From positions 1 through 54,758 of the forward strand of contig JBAXWE010000001.1 in NCBI GenBank assembly GCA_037128565.1: 54,758 nucleotides of DNA, read 5' to 3'. How positions within the stretch are numbered: the stretch's first letter is position 1; every line of letters starts with the position of its first letter. This stretch comes from a bacterium (GTDB taxonomy: Bacteria > Chloroflexota > Limnocylindria > Limnocylindrales > Limnocylindraceae). The translations under genes and the position numbers were made by a program. Below, in pieces: positions 44,537-54,225 of this stretch. Below the pieces are notes generated by a model. It was not told the DNA's origin and did no database searches. It was given only the letters and a program-made list of their open reading frames with translations.

Positions 44537-45394
44537 ATGGGGAGCGATCCAGTTTCCGCAGCGATCGTCGCTCTGCTACTCGGACTGGTGCAGGGTGCCA
44601 CTGAGTTTCTCCCTATCTCCTCATCGGCACATCTCTATGCGATTCCGTATCTCTTCAACGTGAACGATCCACTTCTCTCATCGCTTGCCTTCGGTGCGGT
44701 GATTCATCTGGGTACACTCGCCGCTGTGCTCGTCGCGCTTCGACGCGACGTCGTGCGCCTGATCGACGTTGCATTGCGCACCATCCTTTCGCTCGGTCGA
44801 CGCCGAGGTGAACCTGCCGACGAGCGCCTGATCATCGCCATCGCCATCGGCACCGCTCCTGCCGTTCTGCTCGGGTTAGTGGCGGGTGACGTGTTGGATA
44901 GTGCCGTGCGCACCCCACTCGTTGTTGCTGGCGCAGTGATCACTGGCGCACTGCTCCTCTGGTTTGCCGAGCGCGTGGGTTCGCGCGAGCGACCACTGCA
45001 GAGCGTCGGCATCATCGACGGCTTAATGGTCGGCTTAGCCCAAGCCTTGGCCCTCATCCCTGGAATCAGTCGCTCCGGTGCAACCATCAGCGGCGGCCTC
45101 CTCTTGGGATTCCGCCGCGATGCGGCGGCTCGCCTCGGATTCCTTCTCGGTATCCCCGCGATTGCTGGAGCTGGCGCCATCGAGCTGAAGCACCTCCTTG
45201 AGTCGAGCGAAGACCTTACGGCCAGCGCGCCACTCTTGCTGCTCGGTATCGTCAGCGCGTTCCTATCGGGGCTGCTGGCAATTAAGCTCCTCTTCCGCAT
45301 TTTGGATGGAGGGAGCATGAGGATCTTTGTGGCGTATCGACTCGCCTTCGCCGCCGTACTGGTCGCATCATTCGTGATTCGGGGTGGGCAGTAG
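44537..45394 (+). CDS. uppP: Undecaprenyl-diphosphate phosphatase
   Basis: ATEFLPISSSAHL and PGISRSGATISGG motifs. ATG 44537 is preferred over GTG 44534 because of its spacing from GAGGAGG. Confidence 0.92.
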   Translation: MGSDPVSAAIVALLLGLVQGATEFLPISSSAHLYAIPYLFNVNDPLLSSLAFGAVIHLGTLAAVLVALRRDVVRLIDVALRTILSLGRRRGEPADERLIIAIAIGTAPAVLLGLVAGDVLDSAVRTPLVVAGAVITGALLLWFAERVGSRERPLQSVGIIDGLMVGLAQALALIPGISRSGATISGGLLLGFRRDAAARLGFLLGIPAIAGAGAIELKHLLESSEDLTASAPLLLLGIVSAFLSGLLAIKLLFRILDGGSMRIFVAYRLAFAAVLVASFVIRGGQ

Positions 45395-45861
45395 TGGATC
45401 TCGGTAAGAGCGTTCGCCATCGCGCCTTGCGCGATATTGTTTCGCGCCAGCAGATTCGGACGCAACGTGAACTCGCTACGGCGCTCAAGCGGCAGGGGAT
45501 CCCCGCAACACAGGCAACACTCAGCCGCGACATCACCGAACTTGGCCTGATCAAGGTGGATCGTGGCGGCTCACCGGCGTACGCCTTCGCCCCAGGTCGC
45601 TCGGTTGAAATCGCCGCCGAAGATCGACTCCAGGCCCTCCTTGGCGCGATCCCGCTTGAGGCCTCCGTGGCCGGCTCGATCTTGGTGTTGAAGACGCTCC
45701 CAGGGAGCGCACACGCGATTGCCGCCTCCCTCGACCGTCTGCGAATCCCCGAGATTGTCGGCACGGTGGCGGGCGACGACACCCTCTTCGTGGCCGTGAG
45801 TGATGCGGCGTCGATGCGTAAACTCCGCAAGCGCCTGACCGATCTCGCCCAGCGAGGCTAA
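45394..45861 (+). CDS. argR: Arginine repressor
   Basis: Winged-helix N-domain (TQRELATALKRQGIPATQATLSRDITELGLIK) and C-terminal GTVAGDDTLFV. The GTG start shares one base with the uppP TAG. Confidence 0.9.
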   Translation: MDLGKSVRHRALRDIVSRQQIRTQRELATALKRQGIPATQATLSRDITELGLIKVDRGGSPAYAFAPGRSVEIAAEDRLQALLGAIPLEASVAGSILVLKTLPGSAHAIAASLDRLRIPEIVGTVAGDDTLFVAVSDAASMRKLRKRLTDLAQRG

Positions 45862-45890
45862 TCACCGCCGCGGGCGCTAGGATTCTCAGC

Positions 45891-47519
45891 ATGTATTGGG
45901 CAGATGAACTCGCCGCTCGTGTCTCCGGGCCCCAGGTCGTCAACGACTCGAAGACCCCCTCAGGGACCGTGCATGTTGGCTCCCTCCGCGGACCCGTGAT
46001 GCACGACGCCATTGCGCGCGCTCTGCGCGACCGCGGTATCCCCGTGCAGTTCCGTTACGGCGTCGAAGATATGGACGCGATGGATGCACAGGCACTCCTT
46101 ACCCCTGATGCGGTGGAACGCTACATGGGTGTGCCACTCTCTCGCGTCCCGGCTCCCGAGGGGAGCAGCGCCGAAAACTACGCACGACACTTTGTGGGGA
46201 CGCTCTTCTTCCCAACCTTTGCGCGCCTCGGCATTCGTCCCGAGTTCTACTGGCTCTCGGAGATCTACCCAACCGGGCAGCTCGATCCATTTATTCGCAC
46301 CGCCCTCGACAAGGCGCAGGTAATTCGCGATCTGTATGTACGCGTGAGCAACGTGGAGCGCCCCGCCGGCTGGCTACCGATTCAGGCGATCTGCGAGGCG
46401 TGCGGACGAGTTGGCACGACGCTCTCTGACGATTGGGATGGCGAGACGATTCGCTACCGCTGTCTGCCCGACTATGTGAAGTGGGCACAGGGCTGCGGCC
46501 ATGAGGGGCGACTTGCGCCATTTGGCGGCAAGGCGAAGATGCCGTTCAACGTGGAGTGGGCGGCAAAGTGGTCGCTTATGGGCGTCACCATTGAAGGGTG
46601 CGGCAAGGATCTGGGTACGAAGGGTGGATCACGCGACCGCAGCGAGGCGATCTCGCGCGAAGTGTTTGATCGTGAGCCGCCGATCAATGTGATGTACGAG
46701 TTCCTCAACGTGGGCGGCAAGAAGATGTCGACCTCTAAGGGGCTCGGCGCCGCGGTGCACTCGATCTCCGAGTCCATTCCGCCTGAGGTGCTGCGCTTCC
46801 TCTTCCTGCGGCCACGGCCGAACCACGCGATTGACTTTGATCCGGCGGGTAGCGACGCGATTCCGCGCCTGCACGATGAGTACGACCGCATCAGCGCCGC
46901 CACCGCGGGAAAGACGGTGCGCGGTGAACTGCCACCCGATCACGATCGCCTGCAGTTCTTTAGTCAGATCGCCGACAGCACCGCCGAGGCGGCGAAAGCG
47001 GTTGCCGCCGCGTGGCGTCCAGCATTCGGGCAGCTCTCGTTGCTGTTGCAACTCCCTGGCGTGAACGTCGTCGAGCGGGCCGCCGCCGAGAAGGGGAGCC
47101 CACTTACCGCAGCCGAATCGGCCGAGTTGAACGAGCGCATCGCCGCCGTGACCAATTGGCTGCGCGATTACGCGCCAGAAGAGGCGCGCATTGCAGTGCG
47201 CGCCGAACTGCCAACCGATGCAGTTGCGGCGCTGAGCGCCGAAGAGCGCGCCTGGCTCGGTGCCCTCGCCCCACAGATTGAAGCGGCAATCGCCGCCGAT
47301 TCCGCGGCACTCGGGAGCGGCGACGCCTGGCAGGCGCTCATCTTCACCGCCGCCAAAGAGGCGGGCCTGCAGCCAGTTCGTGCTTTCGCCTCGCTCTACG
47401 CCGCCTTCCTCGGCCGAACGAATGGTCCGCGCGCGGGTTGGCTGCTCGCAGCGATCGATCGCACCCTTATCCTTACGAGGCTGCGGGCTGCCGCGGCGGT
47501 ACAGGGGGTGAACGCATGA
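45891..47519 (+). CDS. lysK: Lysine--tRNA ligase, class I
   Basis: SGTVHVGSLRG (HIGH-type motif), KMSTSKG (KMSKS-type), a Cys cluster (CEACG...CLPDY...CGHEG) and a length of about 540 aa. None of the class II motifs is present. Confidence 0.85.
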   Translation: MYWADELAARVSGPQVVNDSKTPSGTVHVGSLRGPVMHDAIARALRDRGIPVQFRYGVEDMDAMDAQALLTPDAVERYMGVPLSRVPAPEGSSAENYARHFVGTLFFPTFARLGIRPEFYWLSEIYPTGQLDPFIRTALDKAQVIRDLYVRVSNVERPAGWLPIQAICEACGRVGTTLSDDWDGETIRYRCLPDYVKWAQGCGHEGRLAPFGGKAKMPFNVEWAAKWSLMGVTIEGCGKDLGTKGGSRDRSEAISREVFDREPPINVMYEFLNVGGKKMSTSKGLGAAVHSISESIPPEVLRFLFLRPRPNHAIDFDPAGSDAIPRLHDEYDRISAATAGKTVRGELPPDHDRLQFFSQIADSTAEAAKAVAAAWRPAFGQLSLLLQLPGVNVVERAAAEKGSPLTAAESAELNERIAAVTNWLRDYAPEEARIAVRAELPTDAVAALSAEERAWLGALAPQIEAAIAADSAALGSGDAWQALIFTAAKEAGLQPVRAFASLYAAFLGRTNGPRAGWLLAAIDRTLILTRLRAAAAVQGVNA

Positions 47520-48856
47520 GTGTTGGCACACAGCGACTGCGCGACGACGCTGATCGGCTGCGCGCTGGCGCGATCGCCAAGCGCGAAGACCCTGCTGTCG
47601 TTGACGCCGCACTCGAGGCCGATGCCTCACGGCGTGCCCTCTCCCACCGCGTTGACACTCTGCGCACCGAGCGCAAGCGCCTCTCTGCCGAGGTCGGTGC
47701 GCTGCTCGGCGGCAAGCCGGCTATTCCCGCCACTGATCCGAAGGTGGTGGCGCTGAAGGCTGAATCGCAAAAAGTCGCCACGGAGATGGAGACGCTGGAG
47801 AAGGAGCTCGCCGCCGCCGAGGCACAGCTCGAAGATCTGCTCTTGCGCATTCCGAATCCGCCCGACGAAGATATTCCGGTTGGCGGCGCCGAGGCGAACA
47901 CCACGATTCGCACCTGGGCACCTGTGGGGCATCCAGCGATCGGCGCGAAGGGCGAAGATCCAGCCACCGCAGCGGCGCCAGAACACGATGTGGTCGCGGA
48001 ACGACTCGGCATTTTCGATCTGGAGCGCGGCGCGAAGGTGGCGGGCGCCGCCTTCCCGGCGTATCGTGCCGATGGGGCCGCGTTGATCCGAGCGCTGATC
48101 AATCTCTTCCTTGACACCCATGTACGTGAGAACGGCTTCACCGAGATCTGGCCGCCGATTCTCATCAATGAGGCGTCGGCGCGCGGCACGGGGCAGATCC
48201 CCGACAAGGAAGATCAGATGTACGTGGTCGGTCGCGACGGCTTCTACCTAGCGCCAACCGCCGAGGTGCCGGTGACGAATATGCATCGCGACGAGATCCT
48301 CGACGGAGCGCAGTTGCCGATACGCTACGCCGCCTACACCCCATGCTTCCGTCGCGAAGCGGGCGCCGCCGGTCGCGAGACGCGTGGCATCCTCCGCCTG
48401 CACCAGTTCGACAAGGTGGAGATGGTCAGCTTTGAGCGGCCTGCCGAATCAGCCGCCGCCCTGGAGTGGCTGACCGCCCGCGCCGAGTCGCTGCTACAGC
48501 AACTCGAACTCCCGTATCGCGTGTTGCTGATGGCAACGGGTGACATGGGCTTCGTGCAGATGCGCAAGTATGACCTCGAAGTGTGGGCACCTGGCTCGAA
48601 GCGCTGGCTCGAGGTGTCGAGCTGCTCAAACTTCGGCGACTACCAGGCGCGCCGCATGGCGATTCGTTACCGCACCGTGCAAGGCGAGAAGCCAGAACTG
48701 GTGCATACGCTGAATGGCTCCGGGCTCGCAGTGCCGCGCGTGTTGGCGGCGCTCTTGGAGCATGGTGCGCAGCCAGACGGTAGCGTCAAGCTGCCCGCCG
48801 TGCTGCACCCGTATCTCGGTGGGCGCACGCACCTCGCCCCACCGAAGCAGAAGTAG
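47516..48856 (+). CDS. serS: Serine--tRNA ligase
   Basis: N-terminal coiled-coil arm, class II motifs (FRREAG, GILRLHQFDKVE, LNGSGLAVPR). Start moved to ATG 47516, forming an ATGA overlap with the lysK stop. Confidence 0.93.
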   Translation: MSVGTQRLRDDADRLRAGAIAKREDPAVVDAALEADASRRALSHRVDTLRTERKRLSAEVGALLGGKPAIPATDPKVVALKAESQKVATEMETLEKELAAAEAQLEDLLLRIPNPPDEDIPVGGAEANTTIRTWAPVGHPAIGAKGEDPATAAAPEHDVVAERLGIFDLERGAKVAGAAFPAYRADGAALIRALINLFLDTHVRENGFTEIWPPILINEASARGTGQIPDKEDQMYVVGRDGFYLAPTAEVPVTNMHRDEILDGAQLPIRYAAYTPCFRREAGAAGRETRGILRLHQFDKVEMVSFERPAESAAALEWLTARAESLLQQLELPYRVLLMATGDMGFVQMRKYDLEVWAPGSKRWLEVSSCSNFGDYQARRMAIRYRTVQGEKPELVHTLNGSGLAVPRVLAALLEHGAQPDGSVKLPAVLHPYLGGRTHLAPPKQK

Positions 48857-48859
48857 TCA

Positions 48860-49315
48860 ATGAGCGAACGAGTTCAGAACTTCATTGCGCGGCTCGATGC
48901 CGCCCGCGCTGAGTTTGAGGCCGCCATCGCCGCCACCCCCGAGGCCGCATGGAGTCAGATTGCTGACGGCGATCTCACCCGAACGGATCTGCTCGCGCAC
49001 ATTGAGTGGTGGGAGCGCCGTGGCACCGATGAGATTCGAACGCTGATTGCTGGCGGCACCCCCGAGATCACTGCAGAGAGCCTCGACGAACTGAATGCCA
49101 GAATCACCGCCGAGAACCGCGGTCGCGAGGCGAGCGAGGTACGCGCCGCTGAGGCCGCTGCGTGGGCAGAGCTTCGCGTGGCTGCGGCGGGGCTCTCCGA
49201 GGCGCAGCTCTACGACGAGGCGGCCTTCCCGTCGCTGGAGGGGGAGCCCCTCAAGAAGATCATCAAGATTGAGAGCAGCGCCCACTGGGCCGATCACCTC
49301 GCACACTTCGGCTGA
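48860..49315 (+). CDS. Hypothetical DinB/ClbS-like four-helix-bundle protein
   Basis: Starts 3 nt after serS. Helical pattern with W...DLLAHIEWW and C-terminal HWADHLAHF. The family assignment is by eye only. Confidence 0.45.
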   Translation: MSERVQNFIARLDAARAEFEAAIAATPEAAWSQIADGDLTRTDLLAHIEWWERRGTDEIRTLIAGGTPEITAESLDELNARITAENRGREASEVRAAEAAAWAELRVAAAGLSEAQLYDEAAFPSLEGEPLKKIIKIESSAHWADHLAHFG

Positions 49316-49347
49316 GCGGGACCGCCGCTTCCGATACACTCCCTCGT

Positions 49348-49439
49348 GGAGGGGTGCCGGAGTGGTTGAACGGAGCTGTCTTGAAAACAGCCCAGGCTGG
49401 TAACGGTCTGCGGGGGTTCGAATCCCTCCCCCTCCGCCA
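49348..49439 (+). tRNA. tRNA-Ser (anticodon UGA) with long variable arm and encoded CCA
   Basis: Acceptor GGAGGGG/CCCCTCC, anticodon stem GCTGT/ACAGC with loop CTTGAAA (TGA), a 21-nt variable arm, T arm GGGGG-TTCGAAT-CCCTC, discriminator G, then CCA. Confidence 0.9.
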
Positions 49440-49620
49440 CACCCCAATCGCTGACTCTGCGCCACACTGCGCCTCATGAGTAGCGGCCTCCGTTCCATCT
49501 GCATCCATGCGCGGCTCGTGGTGAGCGGTCGCGGGTCGCACTTTATGCGCTGTGGTCTCTCCGATACGGATGACCGCTATCCGCGCTACCCGCGTCTGCC
49601 AGTAATGCGCTGCGCAGGAT

Positions 49621-49896
49621 TTAGCGCTGAGACTCCGCCCGACGCGTCGCAGCCATCAGCAGCGTCCACAACTCCACCAGATCCGAAGGTGTAAGGGCGC
49701 CGGCGCCACGCGCCGCAACGCGTGCGAGCAGTGCCGCTTCGCGCTCTGGATCTTGTACCGCACGGCCAAGTGCCGCCTTCGCCGAACCAGCCTCTAGAGC
49801 GAGCTCGGTGCGTGCGGCGAGCAGCGTCAGCAGTTGGTCGTCAATGGTGTCGATGGCGGCGCGAATCTCTACGAGGCGTGCAGCAGGGTCGCTCAT
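49621..49896 (-). CDS. Chorismate mutase, small AroQ-class
   Basis: LVEIRAAIDTIDDQLLTLLAARTELALEAGSAK helix-1 pattern, 91 aa, with a 4-nt overlap with the upstream dehydroquinase gene at the end of the aro operon. Confidence 0.8.
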   Translation of the reverse strand: MSDPAARLVEIRAAIDTIDDQLLTLLAARTELALEAGSAKAALGRAVQDPEREAALLARVAARGAGALTPSDLVELWTLLMAATRRAESQR

Positions 49897-50417
49897 CGGT
49901 GGCCATCCGCATCTAGCGCCGCAGCCTGGAGCTCGGCAATGAGTGCCACCGCGCGGAGGTAACCCGTTGCCCCGTAGCCGCGCACGGTGACTGCGGCGAG
50001 ATCTTCCACAAAGTTCACGCTGCGGAACGGCTCGCGCGTTGCTGGATCACTGAGGTGTACCTCGGCGAAGGGTCGCTCCACGGCAAGCAGTGCGTCGCGC
50101 AGGCTGACGCTGGTGTGGGTGAGCCCGCCGGGATTGATGATCAGCCACGAGAAGTCGCGCACATGCAGGCGGTCAATCAGCTCACCTTCGTGATTCGACT
50201 GCACCGCGTCAACAAGGTGGAGGCCAGCGGCGGTTGCCGCCGTTGCAACAGACGCCTCGATCTCGGCAAGGGTGGTGGTGCCGTAGGTCTCTGGCTCGCG
50301 CTCACCGAGCAGGTTCAGGTTCGGGCCACTCAGCATGAGGAGGCCATCCCCAGCGGCATGTGCGCGGATTCGTGCGCTCATTGCCGCAAGTTCAATGCGC
50401 TTTGAGATCTCCGCCAT
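49893..50417 (-). CDS. aroQ: 3-dehydroquinate dehydratase, type II
   Basis: LSGPNLNLLGEREPETYG, QSNHEGELID and INPGGLTHTSV motifs. SD GGGAGGGG lies upstream of ATG 50417. Confidence 0.92.
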   Translation of the reverse strand: MAEISKRIELAAMSARIRAHAAGDGLLMLSGPNLNLLGEREPETYGTTTLAEIEASVATAATAAGLHLVDAVQSNHEGELIDRLHVRDFSWLIINPGGLTHTSVSLRDALLAVERPFAEVHLSDPATREPFRSVNFVEDLAAVTVRGYGATGYLRAVALIAELQAAALDADGHR

Positions 50418-50426
50418 GGCCCCTCC

Positions 50427-52094
50427 CTACTTGACGCCGGCCAACATGGCGGCCGCTGCGCGCTCTACGAGGCTAGCAGGAACATCGTTGCGAATAACGT
50501 AACCGTCGTCACTGGTGAGCACCCAGCGAATCTTCGCCTCGGCCACCTTCTTGTCACGACCGGCGGCGGCAAGGAGTGCGGTAACAGATTCACCGCGCGG
50601 GGCAACGCCGAGCCCGAGCGCATCGAGCAGTGCAGTGCCGCGTGCGGCGAGCGCCGCAGGGGTCACGCCAAGCTCAAGCCCAATCTGCAGAGCGGCGCGC
50701 AAGCCGTAGCCGACCGCCTCGCCGTGCAAGAGATTCTGATAACCAGCCGCCTGCTCAAGGGCGTGACCGAGTGTATGACCGAGATTCAGACTCAAGCGCT
50801 CGCCCGACTCGCGTTCGTCGGCGGCAACGACGCGACACTTCCACCACCCGGCGCGCTCCACGATCTCGGCAAGGGTGCCGTTATCGTGCAGCGTTGGGTC
50901 GCCGGCACGGAGTCGAGGGGCAGCCTCTTCAAGCAGCGTGAAGAGGCGCGTTTCGCCAAGGAGGGCGATCTTGACCGCCTCTGCCGAAGCGGCGATGAGT
51001 TCGCGCGCAGGGAGGGTGCGCAGCGCAGCGAGGTCGGCGATCACCGCCTGCGGCTGATGGAAGGCGCCGACGAGATTCTTCCCTTCAGGTAGATCGACAC
51101 CAGTCTTGCCGCCGAGTGAGGCGTCGACCTGTGCGGCGAGCGTCGTTGGGACGGCGATCCAGTCGACACCTCGCAGATAGAGGGCGGCAAGGAGTCCGGC
51201 GGCATCGGTGAGTGCCCCACCACCAACAGCAACGATCAGATCGCGACGCTCCACACCGGCGTTGGCGAGTCGCTGTGCTGCGGCGCCAATCTCATGGAGC
51301 TCTTTCGCCGCCTCGCCACTCGGCAGTTCCAGCGGAATTACCGTGATGCCAGCAGTTGTGAGTGCGTCGCGCAGACCATTGGCAAAGGCGCGTGCGGCGT
51401 TGGGCTCTGTTGCAAGCACCATGCGTGCGGTGCCGCGCTCGGCGAGGATGGCGCGCAGCGAATCGACGGCAATCCCGTCGCCCACCAGCCAGCGGCCAGA
51501 GAGCGTCTCGGCATCGACCAGTGGACGGGTCGTTCGTGCAGCGGTGCGAAGAAGGTCAATCGCTTCGTCGGCGAGTGACCCAGGGCTGCGGGTACTTCGC
51601 AGGTGCACAGCTGGTCGATAGAAGCGTTCCCGGTCTCCACGCAGCCGCTCTAGTGTGGCAACCGGATCAGCATGATTCATCAGCGGGCGTACGACGCGCG
51701 CGGTGCGCAGTCGTCGGGCGATGGAGTTGTCGGGGGCGTCGAGCCAAAAGAGGAGGGCGCGCTCCCGCAGCGCCCAGCGGCTACGTGGATCTGCAGCTGC
51801 GCCGCCGCCCAGCGCCACGACGCGGCCAATGCCGAGCTCTGCGCCGATTGATCCTGCGGGCGGCTCAGGTGCAACGAGCGAGGCAATCAGGCGACGCTCA
51901 CGAAGTCGGAAGCCAGCCTCACCCTCGCGCTCGAAGATCGACGCCACACTGTCATTCTTGATGCCGGTTTCGGCGATCACCTCACGGTCGGTATCAAGAA
52001 AGGGGACGCCGAGCTTTGCCGCCAGGCGCTTGCCGAGCGAGCTCTTCCCAACGCCGGGGAGCCCAACAAGGGCGAGATCGCGTGGGGCGGTCAT
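50427..52094 (-). CDS. aroKB: Bifunctional shikimate kinase / 3-dehydroquinate synthase
   Basis: N-terminal about 170 aa with the P-loop LVGLPGVGKSSLGK and DTD. The remainder is AroB (GGGALTDAAG, VPTTLAAQVDASLGGKTGV, NLGHTLGHALE). Confidence 0.9.
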   Translation of the reverse strand: MTAPRDLALVGLPGVGKSSLGKRLAAKLGVPFLDTDREVIAETGIKNDSVASIFEREGEAGFRLRERRLIASLVAPEPPAGSIGAELGIGRVVALGGGAAADPRSRWALRERALLFWLDAPDNSIARRLRTARVVRPLMNHADPVATLERLRGDRERFYRPAVHLRSTRSPGSLADEAIDLLRTAARTTRPLVDAETLSGRWLVGDGIAVDSLRAILAERGTARMVLATEPNAARAFANGLRDALTTAGITVIPLELPSGEAAKELHEIGAAAQRLANAGVERRDLIVAVGGGALTDAAGLLAALYLRGVDWIAVPTTLAAQVDASLGGKTGVDLPEGKNLVGAFHQPQAVIADLAALRTLPARELIAASAEAVKIALLGETRLFTLLEEAAPRLRAGDPTLHDNGTLAEIVERAGWWKCRVVAADERESGERLSLNLGHTLGHALEQAAGYQNLLHGEAVGYGLRAALQIGLELGVTPAALAARGTALLDALGLGVAPRGESVTALLAAAGRDKKVAEAKIRWVLTSDDGYVIRNDVPASLVERAAAAMLAGVK

Positions 52095-52100
52095 CGCAAC

Positions 52101-53357
52101 CTAGTCGTCGCCGCCGGAGCCGGCGGTGCTGCCACCGGCGGACGGTGCGGTGCGCGGCGCGGCAGCGCGAGCGCGGAGTGCGGCGAGGTTCGCTTGAATC
52201 TCTGCGAACGAATCGCCGCCCGTCTTCTCGAGCAGGAACGGAACGATCGCGAGGGCGACCATCGCCTCGCCAATTACGCCAGCCGCTGGCACGACACTGA
52301 TGTCGGAGCGCTCGTAGTGCGCCTTCTCCACCTTCTCGCCGGTGATGAGGTCGGCAGATGGGAGCGGTCGCGCCAGGGTGCTGATCGGCTTCACGGCGCC
52401 GCGCACCACGATCGGCTCGCCATTCGAGACGCCGCCCGTGAGACCGCCGGCGCGATTGGTGCGGTGCACCCAGCTGCCGTCGGGGGAGCGGCCCTCGATC
52501 ACGTCGTGCACTTCGGAGCCGAAGATGCGCGTCTGCTCGAAGCCGAGGCCGAACTCCACACCCTTCACGCTTTGAATGCTGGCGATCGCTCCTGCGAGTG
52601 CGGTGTCGAGTCGGCGATCCCAGTGCACATACGAGCCGAGCCCCATCGGTAGCCCCTTCACCACGACTTCGAAGATGCCGCCAACGGTGTTCCCCGCCTC
52701 GCGAGCCTCGTCAATGCGCGCAATCATGCGCTCCTCTGCGGCAGGGTCTGGGCAGCGCAGCGGGCTCGCGTCGGCCTCGTCGCGCGTGCGCGTGCAGTTC
52801 GCCGGATCTACCGCCACGCCGCCAACTTCGGCGGTGAACGACCAGATCTCAATGCCGAGGGCGCTCAAGAGCGCCTTGGCAACGCCACCAGCGGCAACGC
52901 GCGCGGCGGTCTCGCGCGCCGAAGCGCGCTCCAACACGTTGCGCACATCATCAAATCCGTACTTCAGCGCACCAGCAAGGTCAGCGTGCCCTGGGCGAAC
53001 GCGTGTGACGGGGATGGCGCGCTTGGTTCCCTCCGCCGCTGCAGCGGCGAGTGCCGCCGCCTCATCGGCGCTGAGTGGGGCGACCTGCATCACGCTCGTC
53101 CAGTTCTCCCAGTCGCGGTTCTCAATTAGCAGCAGGATGGGGGAGCCGAGCGTTGCGCCATGTCGCACGCCGCTGCGAATCCGCGCGCGGTCCTGCTCAA
53201 TCGTTTGGCGGGCGCCGCGGCCGTAGCCACCCTGGCGTCGTCGCATATCAATTTCGAGGGCGGCTTCGGTGAGCGGCACGCCCGCAGGCATACCTTCAAC
53301 AATGACGCCGAGCTCTGGTCCGTGTGACTCACCTGCGGTCAAGAATCGAAAGGCCAT
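52101..53357 (-). CDS. aroC: Chorismate synthase
   Basis: [28 protein letters not shown] and ERASARET motifs. Start moved to ATG 53357 after AGGGGGA. Confidence 0.94.
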   Translation of the reverse strand: MAFRFLTAGESHGPELGVIVEGMPAGVPLTEAALEIDMRRRQGGYGRGARQTIEQDRARIRSGVRHGATLGSPILLLIENRDWENWTSVMQVAPLSADEAAALAAAAAEGTKRAIPVTRVRPGHADLAGALKYGFDDVRNVLERASARETAARVAAGGVAKALLSALGIEIWSFTAEVGGVAVDPANCTRTRDEADASPLRCPDPAAEERMIARIDEAREAGNTVGGIFEVVVKGLPMGLGSYVHWDRRLDTALAGAIASIQSVKGVEFGLGFEQTRIFGSEVHDVIEGRSPDGSWVHRTNRAGGLTGGVSNGEPIVVRGAVKPISTLARPLPSADLITGEKVEKAHYERSDISVVPAAGVIGEAMVALAIVPFLLEKTGGDSFAEIQANLAALRARAAAPRTAPSAGGSTAGSGGDD

Positions 53358-53367
53358 GATCGTCCCC

Positions 53368-54225
53368 CTACTTCTGCACGTGACCCGCAGCAGCGTCAAA
53401 CGCCGCGCGCATCACGTCAATTGGGGCCGGACGCCCCGTCCATAGTTCAAATGCCGCTGCACCTTGCAGAAGCAACATCTCACGCCCGTCAATTGCTTCG
53501 GCGCCCGCGGCACGTGCCGTGCGCACCAGCGCCGTCTCGCCCGGCGCGTACACGACGTCAATCACGAACTGACCGGTGCGGAATGCCGCTGCTGGGAGCG
53601 GCAGTGCGCCGTCGCTCAGACCAAGGGTGGTGGCGTGCACCACCAGGCCCGCAAGCTGCGCCTCTTCGATCAGGAGCCCCTCATGCCACGGGGCCGCGCG
53701 CACCGTCATGTGGGGCGCGTATTTGCGCACCTCGGCAACGAGACGCTCCGCGCGCGCCAGATGGCGATTGGCAATGGAGAGCTGCGCAACGCCTGCAGTT
53801 ACCAGCGCCGAGATCACCGCCTTCGCTGCACCACCAGCACCGAGTACCAGCGCATGGCGCGGGGTGCGTCGTCCATCGAGCAGGCCATCGAGCGCGCCGC
53901 GGAACCCAGCCGCGTCGGTATTGCGACCAACGAGTCGGCTCCCGGCGCGGGTGATGGTGTTCACCGCGCCAATCTGCACGGCGTCATCGGTGAGCGAGTC
54001 GAGCAGCGGCGCGATCTTCTCCTTGTGCGGCACCGTGACGTTTGCACCCATCACGAGAGGATTGGCGCGTAGCTCGGCAACGACGCGGGCAAGATCGGCG
54101 GGGGCAACATCCATCGCCTCATAGCGAACGGGCAGGCCAATCGAATCGAACGCCGCCTGTTGGAATGCTGGTGAGAGGCTGTGCTCCACCGGGTGCCCCA
54201 AGAGCAGAATGCGTCGCCCGCTCAT
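53368..54225 (-). CDS. aroE: Shikimate dehydrogenase
   Basis: [22 protein letters not shown] and LGAGGAAKA motifs. Confidence 0.9.
   Translation of the reverse strand: MSGRRILLLGHPVEHSLSPAFQQAAFDSIGLPVRYEAMDVAPADLARVVAELRANPLVMGANVTVPHKEKIAPLLDSLTDDAVQIGAVNTITRAGSRLVGRNTDAAGFRGALDGLLDGRRTPRHALVLGAGGAAKAVISALVTAGVAQLSIANRHLARAERLVAEVRKYAPHMTVRAAPWHEGLLIEEAQLAGLVVHATTLGLSDGALPLPAAAFRTGQFVIDVVYAPGETALVRTARAAGAEAIDGREMLLLQGAAAFELWTGRPAPIDVMRAAFDAAAGHVQK

Noticed and set aside
48857-49504. 215-aa minus-strand ORF
   Set aside because: It is antisense to the DinB-like gene and runs across tRNA-Ser. Its Arg/Gly-rich composition marks it as a shadow.
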